Of a stretch of 64,000 nucleotides of DNA, positions 13,081-25,924 are shown piece by piece; position 1 is the first letter of the stretch, and every line of letters starts with the position of its first letter. The position numbers and the translations under genes are program-made. The stretch spans positions 436,001 through 500,000 of the forward strand of contig JASTWF010000341.1 of NCBI GenBank assembly GCA_030390025.1, in the 5' to 3' direction. Source of the DNA: Squalus acanthias (taxonomy: Eukaryota). The notes under the pieces were generated by a model. The model was given only the letters and a program-made list of their open reading frames with translations, searched no databases and was not told where the DNA came from.

Positions 13081-13472
13081 TATTTCCTTGCGCTTAGAAG
13101 GTTGAGCAGTGGTCTAATCGACGTGTTTAAAATGATAAAAGGGATTCAATAGAGGAAACTTTCCTCTGGTGGGTGAACCCAGAACAAGAGGGTATAATCT
13201 TAAAATTGAAGCTAGACTATTCAGAAGTGAAATCAGGAACCATTTTTTTTACACAAGGGCTAGTGGAAATCTGGAACTCGCTCCAGCAAAAGGCTGTGGA
13301 TGCTTGGTCAATTGAAATTTTCAAGACTGAGATCAAAAGATATTTGTTAGGTAAGAGTATCAAGCGATATGGAACAAAGGCGGGTAAATGGAGTTGAGGT
13401 ACAGAGCAGCCATGATCTCATTGAATACCTGAACAGACTCAAGGTGCTGAATGGCCTACTCCTGTTCCTATG
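13081..13472 (+). mobile_element. CR1 LINE 3' fragment
   Basis: FFTQGLVEIWNSL...AVDA...FKTEI ORF2 C-terminus and the ...atggcctactcctgttcctatg tail. Confidence 0.8.
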
Positions 13473-14149
13473 AATTGTGATTTTTGGGTCCTTAATGTCT
13501 ACTTGAACTGTGGTTCTCAATGAGGTAAATTAGAAATGTAATATGCCATAATAAAGATTACTTAATAAGGTTAATTCCACAACCTTGTGCTCCTGGAGAA
13601 CCGTACTCAGAGGGAGCACAGGTTGGAGAATCAGGACTACAATGTTGTCACCCTATCTCTGACTCGTGCTCTCTGTGAGTGCAGCTTCCCTCTAGGAGCA
13701 CAGGATCATGGAATTACCCTCAGTATCTGCAGTTTTTGATGATTTCTTTTCTTATATTCATCTGTACTGTGTGGTTATGCATGAGAGAAGTAGAGAAATC
13801 CAGACGAAGAAATTGAAGCCTGAATTGCTAAGGGTCAGCTGTTCTTTTCCAATATGAAGCAAAACTGATCTGTCAGTTTTGTCCTGCCAAATATAGAAAT
13901 TTTTGATATTATTGAGGTTGGATTGTATCAAACACTACCTTAAATCTGGGAATTTTGCTTCAAATCAAGCCCAGACATTTAAAATCATCTTTTTATAATT
14001 GTCCAGCTGGAGTCCAAATAAAGCGAAACAAACATCTCCAATGAGTTTGTGTGCTGTTCCTGAAAGTGGGTGCATGTTACGAGATTTAGATTGCACTAGA
14101 CTGACGGTGCAGTACATGGATTTAACAACTTATTGGATTTATCAGTGAC

Positions 14150-14505
14150 TGTCTTATATTTATGGCTCCTAGTTTTGGACTTCCCCACAAGTGGAAACAC
14201 CTTCTCAACGTCTACCCTTTCAAATGTCTTCATAATTTTAAAGACCTCTATTAAGTCACCCCTCTGCCTTCTCTTTTCTAAGAGAAATGAGAAGAGAGCC
14301 CCAGCCTGTTGAGTCTTTCCTGATAGTTATAACCTCTCAGTTCTGGTATAATACTTGAAAAACTTTTTTGCACCTTCTCTAGTGCCTCTATATTCTTTTT
14401 GTAATATGGAGACCAGAACTGAGCATTGTACTCTGTGGTCTAACCAAGGTTCGAGACAAGGTCAACATAATTTCCCTGCTTTTCAATTCTGTCCCTCTAG
14501 AAATG
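14150..14505 (-). mobile_element. Degenerate CR1 fragment
   Basis: Minus strand similar to CR1 ORF2 (LVRPQxEYxxQFWSPY; ERLxRLGLFSL). Confidence 0.65.
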
Positions 14506-15077
14506 CTTTTCTAATCTTTTTCCAGTACAGGGTTGTCCTCAGGGTAGATGTCCTCTAGCACACTTGGTTGGTAACTGTTTGCATTATCTACCGATTAGTT
14601 CTACTTGCCATGTAACAACTTCCTATGTCACAGCACCAGAGATATCTCACTGACAATACTGGCAACATCAAACAGACTGAGCTACTTGCAGTTATTTGTC
14701 TTTACACTAGAGATTTATAAATTTTATTGGGAAAAATTCAAAGTCACTTGCAGCCAGTGGTTGAGATTAGTTAAAGATCTGCAGTCATGGTAATACTTTT
14801 AACAGTGATTTTGAATTAAATGCTCTCAGAAATCATGAAAGTATAATTAATGGATAATCGCAAAGAAAGTTAACTGTGTTAACTCTGAATTCAAATTTTC
14901 TGTTTAAGAAGTCACTTGTGAATTTTGGAACCACAATTGTGCCAAAGAACACTGTAATGTAACATTTTGATATATGATTTTTTCTGAAATATTATCTTAG
15001 CAGGTACGTTTTCACAAGTATGATCAGAGGCTATGTAATAATCTATTTTACCTGTTGGCCTATCATTTCAATTTTAG

Positions 15078-15195
15078 AGTGAGGTCGACACTGTGACACG
15101 GAAGATGGAAGATAACAATCGAGAATATGAGATCAAACTGGAACAATATGCACAACTGCTTGACATTAGGGCCGATCGAATCAGAAAACTTGAAG
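15078..15195 (+). CDS. RPGRIP1L: RPGRIP1L coding exon (SEVDTVTRKMEDNNREYEIKLEQYAQLLDIRADRIRKLE)
   Basis: ttttag acceptor, gtataa donor, 118 bp, phase 0 to 1; matches RPGRIP1L EQYVHLLDIRAARIHKLE; absent from the ORF track. Confidence 0.95.
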
Positions 15196-15459
15196 GTATA
15201 AGCAAACAACTTTTTAAAGGCAACTTTTAGCATAAAATTATAATTGATTCCAAGTATAAACGTTGTGAAAACGTATTGCGTGTAGATAAAGTATAGCCAT
15301 GTAGGTCCCTGGCTTCTGGTTCCTTATTATGTTAGCAATTGGATGAGCTGTTAAACAATACAGACTCTGTGCAAGTACTCTTCTCAGTCCATAAAATGGC
15401 TCTGTAGTGTTTTGCACATATCAGTCTATAATCAATGTGGTCACTGCTTTTATATAGAG

Positions 15460-15968
15460 CAGGCTGCAGGTGGAAAGCGAGTGTGCTGAGGCAGCCCACC
15501 TACTCCAAACTGCTGCAATATTAGGCTGTCCGGCTGGCCACCAGGCCCAGGAAAGGTAGGTCTGGGGGGAGGGGGTGTCCGTTCACGAGAGGAGGGGGAC
15601 CTGGTGCAGCAACGTCCAGGATGTTTTTGTGCAGCCTAGAGGAGCACTCCTGCTCCTCCTGTCCCCACAGAAATAAAAAAAAAACTTAGCTTCTGGGCTC
15701 CTCTCCAGCTGAGCTGCCAGCTGAAACTGCACGGTGCACGCTTTGCCCATTTGAGTCCTAAAGTCCTATGTATGTCAGAGGACTCTGATTTGCATATATA
15801 AAAAGCTTACTGCCTGACCCAAGCAGGCACTTGGCCTCCCAGCGGTAGGCTCTGGGGAATACAGCGTTGGCCACACTGTTGGCAGGAACGGAGCCGTAAG
15901 TCATACCCCACCATTTTCAGGGCGCTATCGCCCCATTTCCGCCAGGCAGGAGGCTTCAAAAGCCCCAC
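15460..15968. mobile_element. Degenerate MITE related to 57604-58304
   Basis: Shares the gaggagcactcctgctcctcctg...ccacag motif with 57905-57935; GC-rich in AT-rich intron; ends not resolved. Confidence 0.45.
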
Positions 15969-17677
15969 CTATCTATGAATATAAATATTCGGCTAAATAA
16001 ACTGCTCTTTTTACAAGTAAAAATAATGCTGCTTATAAACAAAATAAGAATAATTCAGGATTGGATAACCTGAGTTTTTTCTGCAGCAATAATGGCATTC
16101 CATGTAGAAACATGAAACAGTATCTCTTGAGACAATAGCTAAGTATCAGATATTCTGTCTCATATACATCAAAGTTAAATGTCGCACCACACTGACAGTT
16201 CTTTATACACTTGCACTGCAGAGTATTTGCTGTTAAATATAATGAATGCTCTCAAGGGAATTACAGAGCTTTAAATTTAGATGATATAAACCATCAAACC
16301 ACAACATAAAGTTTATTAACGTTCACAGAACTCCCAAGATTGACTTACTGCCTTCAACTCCCTCTTTAGGCCCTGTTTTTTTTTTATTTGAAAAAGCTAG
16401 GTGAATTGTTAGAGCCTAAAATGCAGGACACCACCAAGGCTGAAAAGAATGGAGCTAATGGGGGTGAAATTGGTCTACACCAGTAGCATGAAATGGACTC
16501 AAAGCAAATGGGTAGCCTGTTTTACACCATGTCCGATCTTCTTTTCCTTGTACTTGGTTTTAAAATCTTGTACATCTGTGGTCTCTGAAGTAAACAGTTT
16601 AATTGGTAGTATATAGAGCTCCAAATTTGCTGCTTATGAAAACAAGTGCTAAGAGGAAATATTAATGACATCTGGAAGAAATATCACAGTGATGTTCATG
16701 AAAGGACAGTATAGATAACTGTAAAGCAGAACATCAACACATAATTTACATGAGGGTTCAATAAGATTGTTTCTCTTACAGCAGTTTATTAAGTAATCAC
16801 ACAAGCATTTTATTTTTAACAATAGCAATTTTTAGTTATTCTTTGGCTCTGAGATAAATAAGCAACCTAGGCTTCTACCAACAGTAGATTATCCACTCAT
16901 AGGCGATTGACAGTAACCCAGCGTAAGTTGTCTGGGGATTTATTTTTCTTTCTTACAGGAAGATGCTTTGTTTCTGCATAGCATCTGTCCCTGTCAGTCC
17001 ACTCAAGTTCAGGAACTCGCCCTGAGGGAAGATTTCCTCTGTACACTATTTGTAGTGAAACTATAAACGCATGCATAAAGAACCTGCTTACAATTTTGCG
17101 AGAAATAACAAACAGAGAAACTCTTTCCCCAGTATGGAAAATCATATTCTACAGCTTTGTGACCCCCAAGTTAAATTTGAGTGATTATGTTTTTAATATA
17201 TATATTTATTATATAATGTTATTTGAACCTCTTAAAAAGTTATATCTCCACTATTGCTCAAGAAATAATTTTTTTTCTATTCTCCATTTTAAGACCCACA
17301 ACATTTTGGGTATACGATGGGTTAACCACCTTTTTAAAAGCAGTATCATTAGCAGACCAGCATCTTTGTAATTTCCTGCTGAAAGTTTTAATTAAGATGT
17401 CCCTACTGTGTGTTAAAAAAGGCCTTTGGTATGCAGTGTTTCATCTGATTTATCCCAGAATAAATGTCAAGTTGTAATCCCTGCATGCTGAGTAGCTCAT
17501 ATTCTAGGAATTTGCAGAGCTATTTTCAATCTTCTGTGCTGAAGAACTTGTTAAAAAAAAATTGATAACAATGGTGTTTATATTCTAAACCATCTGTTTT
17601 CCACATAGAGAAAATCTTGTGCTCTTTTGCTTTAATGAAAAATATGGAAAAATCGCATCTGTTTTCATCTATTTCAG

Positions 17678-18130
17678 CCCAACTGAAAGACATAGCCTAT
17701 GGCACCAAACAATTCAAATTCAAACCAGAAATAACAGCCGATGATGAAGCTGATGAATTTGATGAAACTGTCCATTTAGAGCGTGGAGAAAACTTATTTG
17801 AGATCCATATCAGCAAAGTGATCTTCTCTCCTGAAGCCGTTAAGGTTTTTGGTGAGCAAGAACCTGCCACTTTCTGCACCTACGCATTCTATGATTATGA
17901 ACTCCAGTCTACCCCTGTAATACATGGGCTGCAGCCAGTGTTTGACTTCACATCTCAGTACGTTGTCCGAGTGGACGACTTCTTCCTACAGTATTTGCAG
18001 AAAAGCACAGTAAAACTAGAGGTACAACTCGCATATGGCACAGACTATGAAACTATTGCTGCATGCCAGTTACGAATGCATGAAATCCTTGAAAAGAATG
18101 GCAGAATTTTTGGCACAGCATTCTTGGTTG
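17678..18130 (+). CDS. RPGRIP1L: RPGRIP1L coding exon, first C2 domain ([18 protein letters not shown]...[13 protein letters not shown]...[15 protein letters not shown]...)
   Basis: tttcag acceptor, gtaagt donor, 453 bp, phase 1 to 1; strong recognisable similarity to RPGRIP1L C2-N. Confidence 0.98.
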
Positions 18131-20354
18131 GTAAGTAAAATGCACAGTTAACAGATTACCTTATTTGTTCATAATAAGTCTTCAAATCTTTTTGTAGTAA
18201 ATTACTGCTCTCTAAACATTTCTTTCATACAGGCCATGCTAATTATATTGTGCTTAAGCATTTCAACTTAATTGCAGTCTTGGCCATTGTAGTGATTTAA
18301 AAGAAAATACTGTAATGTGTTAAATTCAACAATTCTACTCTTGCTACAACGTTCAGCTTTATTGCTGATGTTTGCAGAAAACATTGAAGTACTTGCAAGC
18401 TTTTGAGTGTGGAAATATGGAGACACAATTTTACATGATGTCATAGCTCGTGCTGTTTTCAAAATACTTAATTCGGAAGTCATGTTCCATTGCCCTTAAT
18501 ACTTGTGTCTTGCAGTGGATATTAATTGTTTAGGTGTGTTAAGCCCATTACATTTTTCAATATCATTTAAAAATATGTATCTGTTCCTATATCAGAGGCC
18601 TTCAAGTCAAGGGTATATGAAGCATTTAAAACATCTATCAAATTTGAGAAATTTTGAGTTCCAGGATGGAATACTCCTTTAAATAGGTCAAAGTTCAATT
18701 AGTTTCTGTTCAGATATTTACAAGTATTTTGCATAGTGTAATGAATGGATCTGAACTATTTCTGAGGACAGAGAAAATTGTAAGTCAAATTCCATGAAAA
18801 ATATAATTTTATTTATTCAGTATTTCATGATGGAAATTGATGCTCAATGTTATTCCTCCCACTATTCTGCTATAAGTGGTCATGAGGAATTTAGGTTATG
18901 CTGCTGTTCTTTCTTCCAACTGCAAACACTAATTTCCAATGTTAATAACTTAAATAAACTTCATAACAGTTCTTCACCAGATTTTAAACAAACTTTATAA
19001 CCATCCTTCAATCAAACAGTGGGCTCCTTTTAAACATATGCATGTTCTGAATCTTCCATGTGTCTTGTTCATGTAATTCATATTATAAAACAAGGAATTT
19101 GCTTGGTTGAATTAAATGTTTTCTTTATAAAACAGAAAACCATAAGGAATACATATCTTCTATGAGTTTATGTGGCATATGACAGTGTTATAATAGTGTC
19201 ATTTATAGTTTATCAATCAATATATCTGACATCCTATATACAATCTAAGTCAAACACTGAAATGGAAAACTGAAAATGAATATTTATTTTTGGTCAAATA
19301 TCATTTTTGACAAATAATGCACAGATGGTGTTAGCAGAGGCTTGTTAGCATTAGTTTAATTTACAATAAAGTGAGTCATTCCCTTTAATAAAAAACATGA
19401 GCATTGTAAGTCTGAGTAAAATTACCTTTTTCATTTGTGTGAAATGCCAAAATATATTACAGGAGCAGATTAATATGTTTTAAATCAACAAAATAGAGCT
19501 CATATTGTAAAAGGAAAAGTTAATTCACTGCCAAAGAGAAACAGAGATAGACCATGTGGTTTTTTGTTCTTTTTTTCTGTCTCTGTGCCCTTGTTTTAAC
19601 CACTGGGAAATAACAAGCAGTTGTAGGTCTTTTCATTTTATAATTTTGGCACTTATAGATCAGAATTTCTGTATGATTGTTCCAAGTTGCACAAAACAGC
19701 TTGTTTATCAGTAGATGTTTGGAGGTTTCTATAAAGACCTAATGAGCATTATGGATTTAATATAACTGGTACTGTATACAGAAAACATGTTTAGCATTCT
19801 GTCACAGCAGATGGAAACAATCTTTGCGACAGTAATACAGTGGAACCATATTTTTTTAAAATCCTCAAATATTAACTCTCTCTTTACAGCACCTTTTTAA
19901 AATGTCTTGCTAGTGAAATTTCACCCCTTGTAAAATTAACCTTACTTATCTCACTCTAGCCATATCTACGTACAACATTAAAATGCTCATTTTTCCTTAC
20001 TTTCCCAATAAAAGCTCAAGTGGCTTGTTCCAAACTAACCTGCTGCTGAAATTACATTTCTGAACTACTTTCATAGTCTGAACATACATTGTTAACTGCA
20101 GTTCAATGTTGTACCAGTGGAGAGATTTTTGGCAAGTGTTTTCTTTTTTTTATTGTTTTGTGCTGTTTGTGAGTTTAGTTTCTATAGCTCTAGGGAATTA
20201 GATTAGACACTCCGCAAACATCCAGCCTGACCTGAACATCCCAAAAAAAATTTGGAGATGTATATTGCTGAAATCACTATTTTTTTTCTTGACCAGCCAG
20301 TTTTACTTTCAATTTTGTTTTATGTGTATGTTGTCGTTATATGAAAGATTTACT

Positions 20355-21079
20355 GGGCCGGATATTCCGACCCCCACGGGTGCGTACGAGGTGTATCCGC
20401 ACCCATAGGGGCCTCGCAAGTGCCGATTTCAGGCATGCGAAGCGCATGCGCTGAAACCCGGCACTTCCGATCTGTCCGGGAGAAGGGCCTCCGCGGGCAG
20501 AGAGTTCCACTTTCTGCACAACCTCCGCCCGCTGAAAACCTTTAAAAATCTTGCGCCTGGTAAAAGCAGGCATAAGGCCTGCTTTTACCAGCATAAGAGT
20601 TTAAAAAAAAATAATAATTTTTGTTCCACTCATTTATAATTTAAAAATACTTTTAAAAAAGGTAAATTTATTTTTAGCCCCATAAAAAACTTGAATTATT
20701 TTTTTCAAAAAATTAAGTTTTTGTTTAAAATATTTCATTTAGTGTAATTTTAAATACATTATGTTTTTTTTTAATTGATTTAGTGTTTAACTGTGTTTTT
20801 AAATGTGACCCCCATTCATACTTTTGACAGATCTATGCGTACCCTGTCAAAAGTGTGAAGGGGGATTCCCTTCTTTGATTGGTTCCCCATGGCCCACGTG
20901 ATCCCAGGGACGCTTGCAAACCGCCTGCGCCCTGAGATACCTGGGCCTCTGCGCATGCGGACCAGGAGAGGCCCAGGATCGGAAGTTTCGGGACCTACGG
21001 AGCCAGCGGGTAAGTGCATAGATTTTTCCCGATCGGAGGCATCCGCATGTAGGAAGCCGCCGATCGAAAAATCCAGCCC
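20355..21079. mobile_element. CpG-rich Harbinger-type MITE (subfamily A-like TIR) with internal hairpins
   Basis: TIRs GGGCCGGATATT / AAAATCCAGCCC; GC-rich arms around an A/T-rich core; perfect internal inverted repeats; TSD unclear. Confidence 0.7.
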
Positions 21080-21115
21080 GTTGAGTTTTTCAGTACTTCA
21101 GGTGAATCATACTTA

Positions 21116-21584
21116 GTCAGCCGTGGCTCAGTGGGTAGCACTCTCACCTCTGAGTCAGAAGGTTGTGGGTTCATGTCCCACTCCAGAGACTTGAGCACAA
21201 AAATCTAGGCTGACACTCAGTGCAGTACTGAGGGAGTGTTGCACTGTTGGAGGTGCCGTCTTTCAGATGAGACATTAAACCAAGGCCCCGTCTGCTCTCT
21301 CAGGTGGACGTAAAAGATCCCATGGCACTATTTCGAAGAAGAGCAGGGGCGTTATCCCGGTGTCCTGCCCCTGGCCAATATTTATCCCTCAATCAACATC
21401 AAAAAATATATTATTTGGTCATTATCACATTGCTATTTGTGGGAGCTTGCTGTGCGCAAATTGGCTGCCACATTTCCTACATTACAACAGTGACAAAACT
21501 TAAAAACGTACTTCATTGGCTGTAAAGCGCTTTGGGACGTCCAGTGGTCGTGAAAGGCGCTATATAAATGCAAGTCTTTCTTTT
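21116..21584 (+). mobile_element. tRNA-head Deu-domain SINE, full length
   Basis: A-box TGGCTCAGTGG, B-box-like GGTTCATGTCC; Deu-like core ccgtctttcagatgagacattaaacc...caggtggacgtaaaagatcccatggcactatttcgaagaagagcagggg; L2-type tail. Confidence 0.88.
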
Positions 21585-21762
21585 ATTTATAAAGAAATAT
21601 TTTGTCTTTATTATCGGTCAATCACAAATTAGATATTGTTTGGAGCTTCTTTAGCTACACGTTCAAAATTTCTTTGCAGGACTTATTTATGCAAGAGAGT
21701 TCAACAACATGAAGAGTGAGCTGGATCTCAATCAGCCTTTCCTTTACAGAGTGGTATGATAT

Positions 21763-21940
21763 CTTTCCTCCTTTAAGATGCTCCTTAAATCCTACCTCTT
21801 TGACCAAGCTTTTGGTCATCTACCCTAATATCTCCTTTTGTGGCTCGGTGTCAAATTTTGTTTGATAACGCTCCTGTGAAGCACCTTGGGACGTTTTACT
21901 ACATTTAAGACACTATATAAATGCAAGTTGCTGTTGTTAT
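21763..21940 (+). mobile_element. L2 3' tail fragment
   Basis: Near match to 12897-13079 (cctttaagatgctccttaaa...ctatataaatgcaagttgctgttg). Confidence 0.8.
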
Positions 21941-22049
21941 TGTGGTTGCTGTCACAGTCCATGTAATTATTTTATCCTACACTAGTTTTATCAAGATCTA
22001 AATAATTAATTTCAGGGAAGGTATCATGATCCAAAATCTATGTAGATTC

Positions 22050-22616
22050 AAACAACAACAACTTGCATTTACGCAGAACTAGGGGTCAAAAAATTTCAGA
22101 ATAAGAGGTCAGCCATTTAGGACTGAGAAGAAGAGAAATTTCTTCACTCAGAGGGTGGTGAATCTTTGAAATTCTCTGCCCCAGAGAGCTGTGGATGCTT
22201 AGTCGTTGAGTATATTCAAGACAGACATCGATATATTTTTGGATACCAAGGGAAATGGGGATAGTGTGGGAAGGTGGAGTAGAAGATCAGCCATGATCTT
22301 ATTGAATGGTGGAGCAGGCTTGAAGGGCCAAATGGCCTACTCCTGCTCCTATTTCTTATGTTCTTATAAGGAGATATTAGGACATGTGACCAAAAGCTTG
22401 GTCAATGAGGTAGGTTTTGAGGAGCGTCTTAAAGGAGAAGAGAGATGTAGGGAAGCAGAGAGGTTTAGGGAGGGAATTCCAGAGCTTAGGGTCCAGACAG
22501 CTGAAGGCATGGCTGCTAATGGTGGGGCAAAGGAAATCGGGGATGCGCAAGAGGCCAGAATTGGATGAACACAGAGTTCTTGGCGGGTTGTAGGGCTGAA
22601 GGAGGTTACAGAGATA
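22050..22616 (-). mobile_element. L2 3' fragment (-) with a nested CR1 3' fragment (+, about 22075-22365)
   Basis: (AAC)n-ttgcattta L2 tail at 22050; CR1 FFTQRVVNL...tail atggcctactcctgctcctatttcttatgttcttat; L2 resumes at about 22366. Confidence 0.75.
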
Positions 22617-23489
22617 TTTCTTCCAAGATATCATTGAGAAGCAGAACTTGGGATACTTTGATACTCCTATGGAAGATTCAAGCAGTAAGACAGTTTTCCA
22701 GCTAAAGCACAGTGGAAAGATGCTAAGATTATTAGAACACAGAAAACCTAATCAACAGGTATATCAAACAACCCTTTCAAGAGGAAAGTAGATGGTTCTA
22801 GTCTCTCTATATTGGTCCTTGAAGCATAACCCTACAGAAAATTGTACATCTCAGAAAATAGTTTCTCCCCAACACATGTTACCGAGTCAGGTCAAGCTTG
22901 ATGCTATGCTGCACTGCATTAACATAAGTTTCTACATTTTAGTATCATCTCTAAAATTCAGGGTGAAGGGAACTTCAGTGTCACAGGATTATGGCTAAGC
23001 ACCTTTTTGTAAACATAGCAAGCCATCTGAGATGAGTATGTGCCCAGTTTTCTCGAGTGGCACTGGTAGCAGGGGAAATACCTCCTGCCAGCATAAGCTC
23101 AGAAAATGTAGGCTTAAAACTGCAGCATCACCGGAAATAAAACTGCTTCACATCAATGATACTGTTGTAGTGTAACTGCACCCTAAGAATAGGGATAACT
23201 AGTTAAATTTCCTTAATGTTATAGGGTGGCCAACATGCATTTTATAGTAGAGGGACATTAAATTTCCAGGATTCAATTTCATTTGATAGCATGAATGCAG
23301 CAGTTAGAATAGTTCCTGTTGTAATGTTTTGCTGTGCTTGGTTATGGTCATCTGGAATCACTGTAGACATATTTCACTCTTTTGTAGATTTTTTTCTTTG
23401 GATAGGATCAGCTTTTTGGGATCTAGATGTAAAAATAGCATTTCATATTCCAGGTTTTGCCATCCAGAGTAATCAGACACAAGAAAAGG

Positions 23490-23582
23490 CAGAAGGGTTC
23501 CATACCCGAAACCTCGACTTGCGTTCTCTCAACAGATGCTGCCTGACCTGCTGAGTGTCTCCATCCAGTGTTTTTCGTTCTT
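23490..23582 (+). repeat. Degenerate Penelope-type terminal repeat fragment
   Basis: ...cccgaaac...ctctcaacagatgctgcctgacctgctgagtg...; homologous to 58885-58985. Confidence 0.5.
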
Positions 23583-24124
23583 GTTACAAAAAAAACAGGT
23601 TCTTCTCAATCTAATAAGCCTGTTTTAGTTCAAAAATCACGGCCGTGAAATTCGGCACATTTGTGCCAGCTGTTAAGGCCGGTTTCGGCAAAAATATAGC
23701 AGCCGCCTCGCTTCCACCCACCTCCAGTGCGTCCCGCAGCGGCCGCCATTTCGGGCAGGTCGGCAGCGCGGTTGTTGCCTGCGTTCACGAGAAAAATGGT
23801 AATGAGGCAGTGTGCAACGCTGATTTGACGCACGATCTGCTATTTTGTACGTCGCGCTCCATTCAATGTCCTCTCCAAAACACGAACAACTGAACATCCA
23901 TTTAGCTGCACGAGGGACCTCCCACCAGCTCTATTTAAAGGGATCATCAACAACTTGCAGGTGACTTGCTTTTTGATTTCTACTGGCTGTGTGTAAGTTA
24001 GTGCAACTGTTTGGAGCTTCCTACAATTATTTAAAGTTTGTGATGTGACAGGGAGTGGTGCTGCAAGTGGAGAAGGCCTTGCTTCTGATTTCAAGGGTTC
24101 TGCTCAGACCACTTGCTCCCAATC

Positions 24125-25194
24125 ATGGGGGCTCTACTTGCAGTCCCCCTCGTGCTGGATTATAACAGGGAGATGGAGCAGAGCAGCAAAGAGAGGACAA
24201 GCTGCTCGCAGAGGGAGGAGGAAGAGGGGCATGAGGGCTCTCAGCAGGAGGCCTTAGCCACCTAGGGTCTTCCTACCTGCACTTAAGCCAGGAGCAGCAT
24301 ATTCGGAGGCTCCGCTTCACTAAGGAGGTCGTCACAGAACTCTGCCACCTCCTGGAACCAGACCTGCAGCCTCAGAGCAGGGCGACGATGGTGCTGCCAG
24401 TGGCGCTAAAGGTCACCGTGGCCCTCAATATTTTTGCCACCGGATCCTTCCAGTCTGGAGCAGGAGACATAGCTAACATCTCCCAGTTCGCCATCCATCG
24501 CTGCATTCGGTAGGTCACAGAGGCTCTGTACTCCAGGAGGAGGGACTTCATTGTTTTCTCTCTGAACAGAGGAGCACGCATGTGGCTTTGCCAGGATATC
24601 GGGCTTCCCCATGGTGCAGGGCGACAAACGTGGCTTTACGGGCACCACATATCATTCCTGAGATGTACTGCAACCGCAAAGGCTACCACTCACTTAATGT
24701 ACAGTTGGTGTGCGACCACGCCCAGCACATCATGATGGTGAATGCTGGTATCATGGCAGCAGTCATGATGCATTCATCCTGCGCTAGCAATCTTCCAGCC
24801 ACCACGTCAAACCCGAGGGTGGATGCTTGGAGACTAGGGCTATCCGCTCAACACCTGGCTGATGACTCCCCTCCGCAGCCCCACCACTCGTGGCCAGCAC
24901 ATATAATGAGAGCCATGCAACGAGGAACCTCATCGAGCAGACCATCAGGGTGCTAAAGCAACGGTTTCGCTGCATTGACCGCTCGGGAGGAGCCCTCCTG
25001 TACACGCCGGACCGGGTGTCCAATTTTGTGGAGGTCTGCTGCATCTCCACAACTTGGCCATCATGAGGGCACAGCCCTTGCCACCACGGGTTCCGCGACC
25101 ACCTCAGGAGGAGGAGGAAAGGAGGAGGCAGGCAGCAGGTCCCCGATACGGATGGGCTGTCCATGAGCGCCTCATCAGAATTCAGTTCCCCTGA
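24125..25194 (+). pseudogene. Harbinger (HARBI1-like DDE) transposase pseudogene
   Basis: [62 protein letters not shown] motifs split over frames by stops and frameshifts. Confidence 0.9.
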
Positions 25195-25387
25195 ACGAAA
25201 CCCCAGATCCCCGCTGCTTACCAGTTCCCCACCTTACCATCCCTCTGTTACGGAACATCACAGCATCCTCTTGGGCACAAAGATGAAATGAGAGCCACCA
25301 CAAAACAAACATTCCAAACATAATTTATAAATGAATCAATGCTAAACTATATAACAATACTATACAACAATGCTATATAACAAAACT

Positions 25388-25887
25388 AGAGTGTTCTTGC
25401 TCAGGCCAACATCCCCAGCATCGAAGCTTTGACCACGCTCGATCAGCTCCGATGGACGGGTCACATTGTCCGTATGCCCGATACGAGACTCCCAAAACAA
25501 GCGCTCTACTCGGAGCTCCGGCACGGCAAGAGAGCCCCAGGTGGGCAGAGGAAACGCTTCAAGGACACCCTCAAAGCCTCCTTGAAAAAGTGTAACATCC
25601 CCACCGACACCTGGGAATCCCTGGCCCAAGACCGCACAAAGTGGAGGAGAAGCATCCGGGAAGGCGCCGAACACCTCGAGTCTCTTCGCCGGGAGCAAGC
25701 GGAAGCCAAGCGCAAGGAGCGCACGTCAACCCAAGCACCCCACCCACCTGCCCCTTCACCCACCGTCTGCCCCACCTGTGACAGAGACTGTAGGTCCCGC
25801 ATTGGACTCATCAGTCACCTGAGAACTCATTTTTAATGTGGAAGCAAGTCATCCTCGGTTCCGAGGGACTGCCTAAGAAGAAGAAGA
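25388..25887 (+). mobile_element. RTE-clade LINE 3' fragment
   Basis: QLRWTGHIVRMPDTRLPKQALYSEL...GGQRKRFKDTLKASLK; terminal CPTC...HLRTH zinc-finger; (AAG)n tail. Confidence 0.92.
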
Positions 25888-25924
25888 TAACAACATCAAC
25901 TAATCACCCTCATGCATTCCCTTA

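Noticed and set aside
13585..13705. Imperfect hairpin as a possible pre-miRNA
   Set aside because: Looks like a decayed palindromic MITE; no evidence for processing
16880..17110. Possible intronic snoRNA or ncRNA
   Set aside because: No convincing C/D or H/ACA boxes with a terminal stem
21116..21190. tRNA gene
   Set aside because: It is the tRNA-derived head of a multi-copy SINE, not a complete cloverleaf gene
24125..25194. Host HARBI1 gene (likewise 43931-45320 and 59655-60791)
   Set aside because: Lies inside TIR-bounded, multi-copy elements and carries many stops and frameshifts
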